Part shown: in pieces, positions 13,430-24,774 of the stretch | Numbering within the stretch: the first letter of the stretch is position 1 | Layout: every line of letters starts with the position of its first letter | NCBI GenBank assembly: GCA_963575745.1 | Contig: CAUYUJ010000270.1 | Span: 496,001-560,000, forward strand | Direction of reading: 5' to 3' | DNA length: 64,000 nucleotides | Origin: Prorocentrum cordatum | Taxonomy: Eukaryota | Program-made: the position numbers and the translations under genes | Notes under the pieces: model-generated | What the model saw: the letters and a program-made list of their open reading frames with translations, nothing else | Told to the model about the DNA's origin: nothing | Database searches by the model: none

Positions 13430-13995
13430 TCGGAGTGTATTGGGCAGCCCTGGCCAGCTGCTTGCTACAAGCCGAGGCATGTTGATGGCGGCCCGTGCGC
13501 AATTTCCTCTCGAAGGGCGCAATCTGTTCACGCATGAATGCCACATGAGAGTCACGGGGGCCCGTCGTACATTGGTCCATACTAACTTTGCATGTGCCCT
13601 TGAAATTGGCCAATGTGGTCCATGGTGCTATATCGCCTGCCTGAGTGCCTGCCGGTTGCCCTCGTTGGCGAAGCCGTCGGAAGTCTTTTTGACGCACGGC
13701 AAACCTTCCACAACACTTGATATGTAGGAGGTATTCCTAATGGTGTTCATGCCACGTATCATAGTTGACTTTAGAATTGAAATAAGATGGTAGCCCAGTT
13801 GTTCTGCAATTGGGTAACATAACAACGTCGCCGAAGCACGCATCCAAATAATGTATCGCTGCGTCCTGGACATCCTTGTTTCCAAGGTCAACATATGAAC
13901 GTTCATCGAGGTTTCCACCAGAGAAAAAGCCCCGGCTGAAAGCTAACTGCGACATTTCCCAATTGCCTCCACATGGTTCCAGCATGTCTGCCTTG
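13430..13995 (-). pseudogene. C5 DNA-methyltransferase-like domain within the copia pol region, degenerate
   Basis: MLEPCGGNWEMSQLA (motif I-like), DVVMLPNCR (motif IV PxC-like), RGQPAGT (motif VI-like), VSMDQCTTG (motif VIII-like), in the expected order. Confidence 0.55.
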
Positions 13996-15799
13996 TTATG
14001 TCGGCCGTAACACAAGGTAAGGAGAACAAATATGCATGCGCATCCGCGCGCAGCACTGCTGGTAGCTTGATGAAGGCCCCCTCGTCGTCGTGACTGGTGG
14101 CGTCGGCGTCGAGGGGAACGTCGGTGCAGTAAGCACCGCGCCCAGGGCCCTGCAGGTCTTCACCGCAGTCGTCGTTGTAGTCTTCGACTACTTTGGGTAT
14201 CTTGCGCGGTTTGATGCTGGCTTCTTCATCAGCTCTATGATTTTCCTGTTGCTTTGTCCGGGCATCCGTTTGCAATGCTGTCGGTTGTTCTGCGTCGGGC
14301 GAAGTCAGTGTCGGGAATTCGGGGGCCGGGGGGGGCGCGCGGCCGCGCTCAATCGAGGGGGGGGAAGACGATCGTCATGAACGATCGCAACCCGCCTTGG
14401 GCGCGGTCGCTGGCCCTCGCGCCCGAGCAGGACTGGCGCCGGAGGCCCCCAGGACAATCGAGCACAGATATTCGTCGCACCGTTCGGTGAAGGTGCATTG
14501 TAGATATACCCGATAAGTTGATCCTGCATCTTAACGTCTTGCATAACAGTATTGTCGCCAAGATTCATTGTCACCCGTCTTGCGACATGGCCCCATTCAC
14601 GGCCGTTCTGAGGAGACAGAACGTAAGTTCGAGCTTCCTTGTCCACTCTTGCGTGGACACTGATGTGTACAGCACTTGTATAGTTTCTCTGGTTTGTGGG
14701 AATTTATATGGTCGATTAGCCTTGCAATCATGATGGCACATGTTTTGTTTCGCCATTCCGTCCTCTGGGCGCCCTGGCCATGCCAATCTAACTCATGCTC
14801 AGCATGTCGTGCGGCCCCCCTGCAGCTTGGCGCGTGCACATCCGCAAGTTGGTCGGGATGCGCGCGTAGGCGGTCGCCACCTCCAGGTAGGAACCGCCGG
14901 GTAAACTACTCGACGGGCAAACGTCAGACCGAAGTGGCAACGTCGCGTACGCATGACCTGTTCCTCTTCTGCGGCGGCCACGCAGCCGGGTCCACCGCTG
15001 TCCCTGGCGGCCGCGCAGCCGGGTCCGCCGCTGCCCCTGGCGCGCGCAACCGGAGCCTGGGAAAAGTATGCACGTGCCCCCGCGCCTGAAAACAGAACCT
15101 CAGTGTTCGGCCTGTCTGGGCAAGCGCGAGCGGCCGCGGCGCGAGCCTTCCCCCGTCATTCGTTTTCAAGCGATGGGGGCGTCCAAACGCCAGTGCCATG
15201 GACCGCTGAGCCACTGACCGAAGTAAAGATGTCAAACTTCGCGGCAGTGTTGCTCACTGCAGCAGGTGCCCCCAGAGCGTTGCCAGGCGGCGCCCACTTG
15301 CTGCCCTCTTCATAGATGGCCTGAAAGACCTTCGCCTGCAAATTGCGCAAAGCGAACTCCTGATCGGCAAGCGTAGGGGCGTTCCCATGCGCCGTGTTCC
15401 TGCGATACCAGGTCTTGAGGGCGATGTTCACCAAAGACTGGATCGCGTCGGAAAACGTCTCCTCATGGAGGGAGAAGCGGGTGCCCCCGGCGCCCTGGGA
15501 AATCATGCGCGCGCTGGCATCGCTAGTAGCGGGTGCCCCCGCATTGCCCGAGGCACGTTGCCCTGCAATCGGCGCTGCATCAGCTGCCTCCGTGACCAAC
15601 GCGGGCGTTTCCTCGCGTTGGGGATTGGCCGTGGCAGTAAGCACCCTAAGCCATTTGCCTCTGTTGCGACTCCATACTCGTCGTCTTCGATCGCCAGGTG
15701 TCCCGATGCCGTCTTCATCAAGACCAGTACCCTGGCGCCCTTGCCAAGGGGGGGCCCGCGCATCTCTGAGCCGGGGATGGCCATCTTCTCGTGCCCCCG

Positions 15800-16150
15800 C
15801 CCAAGGATCAGGGCGGCGCGCGTGTTAGCCGCGCCCCTTAAACCCAGAATTGCAGGGAGGTGTTCGCCGGATCCCTCTGCCACATTGGCCGAATCTGTAA
15901 CCAACCTGACAATCGCGGGCTTCCGCGCGGAGCCGCCCCCTCCTTCGCGCGCGACCTTGCAGCGCAGTGATTCGTCGCAGATGGCGGCCCCATGCCCCGC
16001 GCCGCACGCGCGCGGCCTCTTCGTCAGGTTCAGCTTCTTGATGTCGTGTCCGCGGGGGCGGGAGACACTTTCGAATGTCTGTGCAGTTTCCAGACCAATG
16101 ATGTTGATGTTGCTGCCGATGTCAAATAGGGTAGTCAACGTGCCATCTAC
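15800..16150 (-). pseudogene. Retropepsin-like aspartic protease
   Basis: TLFDIGSNINIIG active-site-like motif, glycine-rich flap GAGHG, C-terminal LPAILGL (in ORF 15503-16510). Confidence 0.75.
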
Positions 16151-16892
16151 CATGGTCCCACTGTTCGCTGCCAAGGCTGACTCGCGTCGTTCTCCGAACA
16201 TACCTGGCGCGTCGGGCAACGTTGCGCCGCGGGTGCCTTCGCGGCGCCTACGCTCCAACACCCGCTGGTTCGTGTGCCCCCTGGCTTCCTCCTCTGCGAT
16301 GGGATGCCTCTGGAATGTCCAGGCAGACGGGTACTCGTCATACATGTGGGGATGTTGTGGAGAATGCGGCGCGTTCTCCAAGGTATCATCGTCGGCGCGC
16401 ACTGCAATCTGTCCATCCGCACTGACCGCCAGCACCGCGCGCAGCAAATCACGCACCGCTACGCGCGCTCGCTGGGATTTCGGTTCTGCGCGTGCGTAGC
16501 GGGCGGTCATATGGCATGCTGCCCCAGGGTGCTTGAAGCCAGCGCGCGCTCCTTTCAGTGGCCCTCTCTATGCGCCTCAGCCACTGATCATTGGCGGGTG
16601 GCCCTGCTGGTGCTGCCGCGGCAAGAGCCCCTGCCGTATCTTCTGATTCGGCTACCAGAGGCATCGGCGCATCAGCGGCGGGCATCGTGATCATTGCATT
16701 CTGCCCCACATTGGACGATGAAGCAGTTTGCCCTGTAGATGTGGCCGGCGACCCGGCAGCAACGGTAGCGCCTGTCATTATCGCCGTGCTGCGGCCCAGC
16801 TCTTCACGGAGATCTCTGAGTTCACCTGCCTCGCGGAATATTGCATCATGTCGACCCGCTGCGTTGCGACTCCCAGAAAGGGCATCATGAAA

Positions 16893-17685
16893 TTCTAGAC
16901 GCTTCGCGCATCCCCACCAGCCCATTCAGGAAAGATGTCCAGGCGAGATGAGGTGATCAGTGAAGTGTGGCAGCAAAGAGGAGGGCGGCCGAACCGCGCA
17001 AACGAGCGAGGGGGAGAAGCACGAGGTGGATGGATGAATGGGTGAGGGCGCGGGAAGGAGGACGAATGGGATGAGGAGGAGGCGGGGGGGGGGGGGAGGA
17101 GATAGAGAAGGAGCAGGAGCAGGAAGGAGGAACAGGAGGAGGAGTAGGGCAAGCACAAGGGCCAGAGGTCTCTTGGATGCCTCTCGGAGCCTCTTGGGGT
17201 ATCTCTCGGGCGATTATTGGTGGCCTCTTGGGGCGTCTTGGGGGTCTCCTGGCGATCCTGGGGGACTCTCCGGGGTCTTGGGTGCCTCGGCGGGGGCCTC
17301 TTGGGGCCGCTGAGGGTCTTCTTGGGGGCCTCCTGGCGGCCTCTTCGGGGCCCTTTGGGGCCATCTTGGGGCCGTCTTGGGACCTCTCGGGCCACCCAGG
17401 GTGCTTCTTTGCGCCATCTTGGAGGAGATGTATCAAAGAAGAGCGGGACTTCAATTGCGGTTGCCCCCCCAGGAGGTCACAATGGGGCCAAAACAATAGT
17501 AACATCAATGAGATTGGCTTCCTCGCCGAGGCCGGTTTGGACGCTCTGACCGCTCGCGGCCCCCCACGCCCAGGTCCAAGGGGAGGGGGCGGGGGGGGGG
17601 GGGGGCGAACCCACCCTCGAAGGGGAAGAGGGAAGGGCGGAAGAGGAAACGGCCTAAACCACCGACGCCCAGAGGGCTGGCGGGA
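16893..17685 (-). mobile_element. Non-autonomous family 3, copy 1 (subTIR, hairpin, CTAGAA end), inserted in the copia ORF
   Basis: Minus strand: TCCCGCCAGCCC ... GGGCTGGTGGGGA-tgcgc-gaa-gcgt-CTAGAA. Removing it restores the frame GLIAAE-FHDAL with no duplication. Homologous to 49078-50608. Confidence 0.8.
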
Positions 17686-17704
17686 CTCAGCTGCGATGAG
17701 GCCT

Positions 17705-17875
17705 ACTCCCCTACATACGGCACATGGTGCCTCGCTCGGGGCGCCTTCCAGCTGCCGATCCACGCGCGCGTGGGCCGCGCGATCCCAGCGCCGCGCGTGA
17801 AATATATGGCCACGCTGGAGCCTCCACACCTTATCGTGGTATACAACGTCTTCCAGGCATATGGCGCACTTGGTA
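17705..17875 (-). pseudogene. RING-H2 zinc finger within the copia element
   Basis: CAICLEDVVYHDKVWRLQ[R]GHIFHAR[R]WD...PCAVCR; the two missing Cys ligands are CGT/CGC codons, one transition from TGT/TGC. Confidence 0.8.
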
Positions 17876-19274
17876 AAACCACCATCGTTGATGATTGGTG
17901 GCGTCGCCGATGGCCTGATGCGCGTCTGTCGCTCAAGTGTGGACTCTGCGATGTCACGCCGACTCGGTGGGACTGCATGCAGGTGCCAATTGCTGCCCCG
18001 CAGGCATTGATCACATAGCAACCGCTGCTGATAAACACATAGCAGGTTGCCCCGCAAGTGCAGGAGCAGCGGGTGCCCCCGCACGATTCATCACACGGCG
18101 TTGCTGTCGCGCCTGCTTGCGGCGTTGGCGAGCCGGTTGCATTTGAAAGATTGGCCTGCTGCGCCTCATGGATGGCCAAAATCTCAGGGCGCAGCTCTCC
18201 CATAGACGAGGGCGCCACGATGTGTGACCTCCTGGTCCATGGGGGCCGCCAGGTATCCGCAGTGGGGCACCTGGCCTGACGCGTCGGGTTCATGCCCAGC
18301 GCCGCGCGTCAGCTGGGACAGATAAAAGTCATCAGCAGTTGCCTGAACGCACGGGTTCTCGGGCTGAATACTAACTCGTGGGACGCCAGTCTCCTGAGCG
18401 AAATAATCAAGGAACATGGGGGCATCCATGGGTGAAGCCGTTGGCCTTTTCAGCAACAATTGGGTCGTGCGTCGGGTGACCGAAGATTGCTGGGACAGAT
18501 CCAAATCGATCAGGAGTATCTGGTGATGGATTCGGATCTGGAATGCATCCCCATGGGGGCGTCCAGCTCGCGCTCGGGAGGTCGATGCCACCCCGCCGCA
18601 TGTTCTGCATGGCCTCGCGCATATGCCTATGCATCCACTGCTGCTGCCCCAAGAGGCTCTCGGTCCACTGGGCAGACTCCTGGTCGGTGGCGGCAGGTTG
18701 CCCCGCAAGGGCACGTGGAGGTGCAAATGGCGATGTCGGTTGAGAGGATTGGTGAAGCTGAGGATTCATCCTGGTACTTTGGAGCCTAGCCTGCAGACCG
18801 TTAGTGCTCCCAGCGCTCTGTGGGGTGCCGTAGGGGGTTGTTGCCCTGCTCGCGGGTGCGAATGTGGCAGAAGGCCTTGTCGGCACAGGCAGCTGCTGCG
18901 CCTGGTTGCGCCACGGGTCGTTCGCGTGCAATCCGCCGTTAGGCGTGGACCCGCTGGATGTCATGCCAGACAGATCAGCGCTCTGAGCATGGATCCATGA
19001 CCCATCCGAGCCCCCTGCAAGTGTCCCTGCTTGGCATGCCTCTTGCACCGAGAAGACAGAGGCACGTTCCACCTCTTGCGCAGGTGTCGAAACAGAGACC
19101 ACGAGGTTATAGGGAGTCCTCGGTACAATCCGCCCCTTCAATGTTGATGCATCGCATGGCCACTCATAGCAAGTCCTCGGTACAGGAGTGGACGCGTGCA
19201 GGTTGCACCGCTGGTCCTCTTCGATATGCAAGTCATTGGCCCACATCTGTCAAAACCGATCGTAGTTGCACTGG

Positions 19275-20045
19275 ACATCCTTAAGCCTGGTGACGATGAG
19301 TTGAACAATGTGGCTCGGCGGAATCCTGCCATTGTTGCCTGGCGTCACAATGACGTCGTTGGCACAGCGCCGAATCGGGATATTGTCGCGACGTAAATTC
19401 TGCAGGACCCCCATGACCAAAACTTCGGACTCTTCGCATGCCAGATTGGACCCGCCCGTCACCAGGTAAGCATGGGCATCCATGAATCATATGCCTGCCC
19501 TTCCCCTCGGTGTTGTCCTCGCTGCGGCGAGAAAGACCGACGTGTAATATGTTCCGGAGATTCGCCCATTTCGCACCGCGAATGAAATGGAAGGGCGCCC
19601 CCGCTTCGGTCAGGTCTGTCACCCGTGAGCATAGGGGGCTCTGGGCACTTAATGCCTGGTCTGCCGTGCCCATTACTAGGGCGCAGGAAGTACGTCGGGC
19701 GGCGTTCTCCGCAGACCTGGAGTTTCTTCACCCGGGGCCTGCTCTTCTGCATGCCTGAGTTGTCGACCATTCCGCAGAGGTCGAACACCGCCAGTGCCTG
19801 ATAGGCCCAGCGCCGGCCTCGGAGGCACCTCTCAATGGCGTCCAAGTAGTTATTGTGCCAATTCTCCATTCTTGCTGGCGGCCAATTTTCCAGCGGGTCT
19901 CCGAAGTCCACCCGGCCGTCGTACTCGTCATATGAGGCGACGCAGCGGATGAAACGGTCGGAGAGCGCATCGTGGTGGAATGGCTCGCGCCGCGTGGCTG
20001 TAGTGAGCCATTCCGAGCAGCGACGCTCATCGGATTCGCTCATTC
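19275..20045 (-). pseudogene. Tpt1/KptA-like NAD+-dependent RNA 2'-phosphotransferase domain, two frameshifts
   Basis: Across three frames: RCSEWLTTATR[R]; DG[R]VDFGD[P]L; FLRPSNGHG; FI[R]G[A]KWANLRNILHVGLSR; GRHMIH..CLPGDGRVQSGMR; SEVLV; NIPIRRCANDVIVTPGNNGRIPP. This is collinear with the Tpt1 motifs LRH, DGWV, IRAxQGHS, HGT, RxHIH, SGMR and SxNGVILTPG..G.IPP. Confidence 0.85.
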
Positions 20046-22429
20046 GCATCGCGCTGACATGCTCATTCTGCAGGACCTGCACTAAGGATCCCCTCGCGGA
20101 CTCGCAGCTGAGAGCAGGCTAGCGGTGCCCAAGGTCCCCCAGCATCGCCGGCTTCCTTCAGCCAGTTCAAGAATAGCAGCGGGTTGCCCCGCAGGAGCAG
20201 CGGCGGGTTCAGCAGGTGCCCCCCCGGGCTCAGGCGCTGCGGGGGCTGCCGATGAGCTGGCGCCCCCAGATGCCTTTACTTTCTCGCGAACGTCGCGGCA
20301 CCGGCGCGCGGTGATTGTCGGGGCAGCACCTGGCGCTGTCGAGGTAGTCTGCAACAGCTTAGCATCCGCGCCGCCCTTCGACGAGGAAGCCCCTCTGGAT
20401 GAACCATCCAATGACGGCGCCCAGCCTGGCCCCCTATGGACAGGGCCAGGCGCCGGGCCGCGCGGGATTGCAGGATCCTACGGCTTAGGCGCGCTGTCGC
20501 CTTGGAACCCTGCTGCTGCCGCGGCCACTGCTGGGCCTCTGGAGCGCTGTCTGCGCGCGGGTTTCCCCGCGGATCTGTAGGACTTGTTGCTCCCAGGATC
20601 AGCGTCAACTGAACCGGTCCTTCTCTCGTGCTTGGCCGGAGCGGCTGCAGGTGATTCCCCGCTGTCTCCTTCGGGGGCATCGGGCCCCTCGGCGGTTTAT
20701 CTGCGGGTGCCCCCGAAGGAAATGGTGCCGCAGGCTGCCCCGCATCGCGAGCTGCTGGCTCGTCTTGCGGAAGCGGGTCTTTTTGCGGGTGAACTGCAAT
20801 TTTCTTGATATTGGCCCTAGTCTTGCATTCCGAATCGCATTTATCAGCGTTGACTCTTCTGCGCGCAGTGGTAGTTATCCAGCCTGCGCGTATGCAACTG
20901 CATTATACTGTCGCACCTGGGGCGGAATCCATGTCCGCTGATATCCGCTTGGAGACACGTCAATCTCGGAGGCGCGCTCCGACTCGGAAAGAGCAGCGAC
21001 AGCAGGACCCACTGCTGCGGCAAGAACCAGAATACCAGCTCCTGCATCACCCTCTGGAAGGCCATGGGAAGAGGAAGCGGGTTGCCCCGCACGTGGTGTC
21101 TCAGCTGCCTCTCCATGAGATTCTCGATTGTATTCCTTGAGGGGGTGATTGCTGTCGAGGTTCTGCCGCGCTCGCTCGATCCGTTTAGCCTCGCCCTCGG
21201 TGATCGACTGGAAATCATCTTTGGCCAAGCAATCTGCGGGGGAATGATTGGCCGGGCCCGCCCTGCGACCCAGGCCATCTCCACGAGACCAGACCCACGG
21301 TGTTCTCAAAATTAGGGCCCCTCGATGGTCGCCCCATCGGACATGCGGGTCTGTGGTCAGAAAAATATTCGCAAGGGCGGACAAAAAGCCGGTGGGCTTC
21401 CTGGCCCCTAATGGTGGCCCTCTCGAGGTCCCCTCTCTCCAGCGCGGGGCCCGTCTTGGCGCCTTGACCCCTGTTGGCGCGGGCGATTTTGCCGCGTTCG
21501 TTCCGCGCGACATCGCGGAGCTCATGCCAGTGGCGGATGTCGCGCTCAGCCCAGCCTCGGTCGAGCCAGCGCTGCACGGCGTTCGGGGGGATCTGCTGGC
21601 GAACCGGCCCGTGATCTTCATAGCTGACCAGGCGCTGCGCGCCTCGCGCATCAGGCTCAGCTGGGCGATCCTCGATCTGAGGCGGGTCTCCCCGCGAGCG
21701 CCCCCTTCTCGGTGGAGTCCTGGGGGCCCTCGCGTCAGGGGGGCGCGGGCGCTGCGCGCCGCTGGAGCGTGCGCGCGAGCGCCCGCGCGATTGACTCCGA
21801 CCGTGACGCTGCGGGCGATGACTCTCAACATCCCATTCATCCTCGCCGTCGTCTGCACGAATCAACCGTCTCCATACTGGGCGGCGCGTGGACCTGTCAC
21901 GCACCGCGAACGTGAAGCGACGGTCCTCGTCGCCCCCAAATTCGAACTGAATGCGCTCGGAAAGTTCGTCGGCATTTCGCGGGTTTCCCAGCGGAGGGTC
22001 GTCGTCGTATAATTCTCTGTCTATCGGATTGCCAATGACCTGCGGGTGGAGCATCAATGACATCTCAGATCCTCCTCTGTCGCTGGAATAATGGCTTCAG
22101 AATCCGCGGGCGCCCCCGCCATGTCGCGGTCTACCTCGGCGGGCACGCGGCAATCCTCGACGAACTCGATCTGCGCGGGTTGCCCCGCGATGGGCATGCC
22201 CAGCCAGTCCGCCAAGTTGATCTCACCGTGGCAAACATAGATCTCCTCCGAAAGATCGCCGGCATATCTCTCGAGGGACATGTTGGCGCTTAGATACCTG
22301 GCGGCTATGAAATGGACAGCGGCAGTAGGGGTGTGTGCGGGGTCGGCTAATAGCGTCTCCCGGAAGACATACTGCGTGTCCGACTCGGTTTGAGCCAAAT
22401 GTATCGACGGACCCCTGCCTCTCCCATCG

Positions 22430-23860
22430 CCTTGGGACATTCACGACGGAAATACTGTGTGCTATGGCAGATGTCACATTCCATGGTTGTGCCGTTCGCA
22501 TCTTTCGGGTTACCCCGACGTCCCATGACCCTTTCCTGCGGTATGCCTGCGGCCTCTACCTGCCCCCAGGAATAGTTATTCGTATTGTGGCCCAGTAAGG
22601 GACGCCAAGAATGCCAACATCTCTACCGTGCAGTCGCCGCCGTTTGCCCTCACCCTTGCCTCGACCCTCGCCCTTCACTCGGAGTGCGCGTCGGATTGTG
22701 CGTCGTACCTCACGAACTGGTTCCTTCATAAAACGTATCCAACGACGCTTGTGTTTCTGGTACTCTACAAACAGCCATTGTGCCGGCTGATTTTTTCCTG
22801 CGATACGTAGGCATGTCGGAATAGTCTAGGACAACAGCTTCGTCATCTGATGGCGCGTCGGTGTCGGAATTCCAAAGGCAAAGTCAGACTCGGCGGGTTG
22901 CCCCGCTGAGCCTGCAAGGGTAGCGGATTGTGTAGGGGCCGCCGATGCCGACGGTCCCTGCGATCTAGCCCAGGAGTCTTGCGACCCCGTAGGCGGGCCA
23001 CCATGTTGGGCTAATAAGGTGGTGGCATCTGTTGGTTGTGGATCATCGTCCCAGACGTTTGCAGCAGGTTGCCCTGCATTGGTCTCAATATAAAAGGCTT
23101 CGGCACGGCGGCAGTGACTAAAGATACCACCCATGTTGCCAGGGGATCGCTCGGCGATGTGGGCATATGACCTCATGCGTTCCAGTAGGGCATCACATTG
23201 TTGCCGCTTCCTCGGCATTTGGTGGTTGAGTGGCTTCAGTACTTGTTGTGCAAGCAACGTCTCCAGTCCAAGAGCCCTGAACAGGCTGGCTTTTCGGATT
23301 TGGAAGTTGGGGGTGTTACAACCTGCGGTCTCAGCCACGTAGCGGGCAATCTCGAAGCGTGCTGACGTCTGGTCGATCCGTTCTCCCGCATGGACTCGAA
23401 AATTGATGGGAACCGTTCCCGGGTTGAGTTGGCGCTCTCCCTCTAAATCTTCAAACTTCGTGCTGAGGGGGAGCGCGATGTAGGTGGCGGCGTCAGTGTG
23501 GCGGTCACCGGCATCAGCGCCAAAATTGATGACTGCGGGGGGTACTCTAATTGCCATGGTCCGCGCGAGCCCTCCCAGGCAGAACTGTAGTGCCGCAGCC
23601 TGTTGGGAAGGGGTCACGGCGCCTGCCGTCACATTGATCCAGGCGTGTACTTCTCGAACGAATTCGCGAAAAAAACACCCGACTGGCAGGGTCCCAGCGG
23701 GGGCCGGTTGTCCTTGTGTCGTCTCCACCACGCTGCATGTGTCCCACAGCACATCCGATAGCGACCCACAGGGGGCCAAAAATAGCAATCCCAATCCAGT
23801 GGCCCCGTAGGTCGTGGTCGGACGTTCGTGGCTGGGGGCTGTGGTGTGTTGTCGTTAGCT
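22430..23860 (-). pseudogene. Gag-like region (ORF 22826-23794) with a CCHC-type zinc knuckle
   Basis: FREFVREVHAW...QQAAALQFCLGGLAR; knuckle NPKDANGTTMECDICHSTQYFRRECP at ~22435-22515; first coding region after the PBS. Confidence 0.7.
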
Positions 23861-24170
23861 TGCGTGGGGGTGGAGGCGGCACAATGTCGCATCGCATGTT
23901 GCCATGCATGGTATCTCCGAACAAGTTCCGACTGGGCGAATTGGAGTAGGAGGGTGGACTTCAGGAGTGTAGTAGCGCAGGGATGCAGGACTCATGAAAG
24001 AGGCCTTCGCGAGAATGGGGGTACCACTGCAAGTGTCCTAGCGGTTGCGCGTAGTTATATACATTCCTCCGCGCAAACCCACTGCACCCTGATGTTCCAT
24101 CCTGTCAGTTGTCGACCAGATAGTGCCGTGGATGGTGAGGAATAGAGCAAGACCTGACCACCATAGGCCA

Positions 24171-24182
24171 GCTCCGCTACCA
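24171..24182 (-). promoter_or_regulatory. Primer binding site, tRNA-iMet type
   Basis: Minus strand TGGTAGCGGAGC directly after the 5' LTR; one transition away from TGGTAGCAGAG, the complement of the initiator tRNA 3' end CTCTGCTACCA. Confidence 0.7.
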
Positions 24183-24451
24183 AGTTCGAAAAGGGGTTGC
24201 GAGGCCCGACCAACAGCTTCGCCTAAGGCTGCCCGTAGCCAATTCTGTTGTACCGTAGTAGCGATAGTCCCAGAAGTAGGAGATCGTCGCGGGAGCGACG
24301 GGCCATGTCAAGCGAATATGCTGTCGGTCTCAATGGCAAGCGGTGTGCCTCGCGATGAAGCGCAATTCTATCTTGGCGGCCGGCCGCTTGAGTACACACG
24401 GCCGCGGACAAACGCTCGCTATCTCTCGCCTTTGCCCCAGCTCTCTTTAGA
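24183..24451 (-). repeat. Putative 5' LTR
   Basis: Direct repeat of 6531-6801, abutting the PBS. Confidence 0.7.
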
Positions 24452-24774
24452 GTCCCTGGTGGCGCGGTGGGACCCGAAACGTTCAGGCATGCAGTGCGTG
24501 CAGCCCCCTCCCCGCTCCTATGCTGGCAACATTCACTTGTTTCTCCTCCTCTTCCTCCTCCTCCTCCTCCTCCTCCTCCTCCCGCACCTCCTCCAAATCT
24601 CATACTCCTCATCCTCGTCAAGTCCCTCAAAAACCCTTGGAGACCTCCCTCGGCACCCTTGCGCGCGCCAGCACACCCCCAGAAATGTTCCTTGGGGGCT
24701 TGGTGGCGCCCCCCGCTGCCGCGCTGGCAATCTCAACCTCCTCCTCCTCATCATCATCCTTCTCCTCTTCCTCC

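Larger units (their letters stand above)
6531..24451 (-). mobile_element. Degenerate large Ty1/copia-like LTR retrotransposon with extra domains (~15 kb without nested inserts)
   Basis: Minus-strand domain order Gag-PR-IN-RT-RNaseH (copia order); ~270-bp direct repeats at 6531-6801 and 24183-24453; PBS at 24171-24182; candidate 5-bp TSD GTCCC at 6526-6530 and 24452-24456; many frameshifts and stops. Confidence 0.85.

Noticed and set aside
24457..24475. TGGTGGCGCGGTGGGA resembling a tRNA-Leu PBS on the plus strand next to the LTR
   Set aside because: Needs a 1-nt gap, is on the wrong strand for the element, has no internal region following it and lies outside the candidate TSD; the minus-strand iMet PBS fits better.
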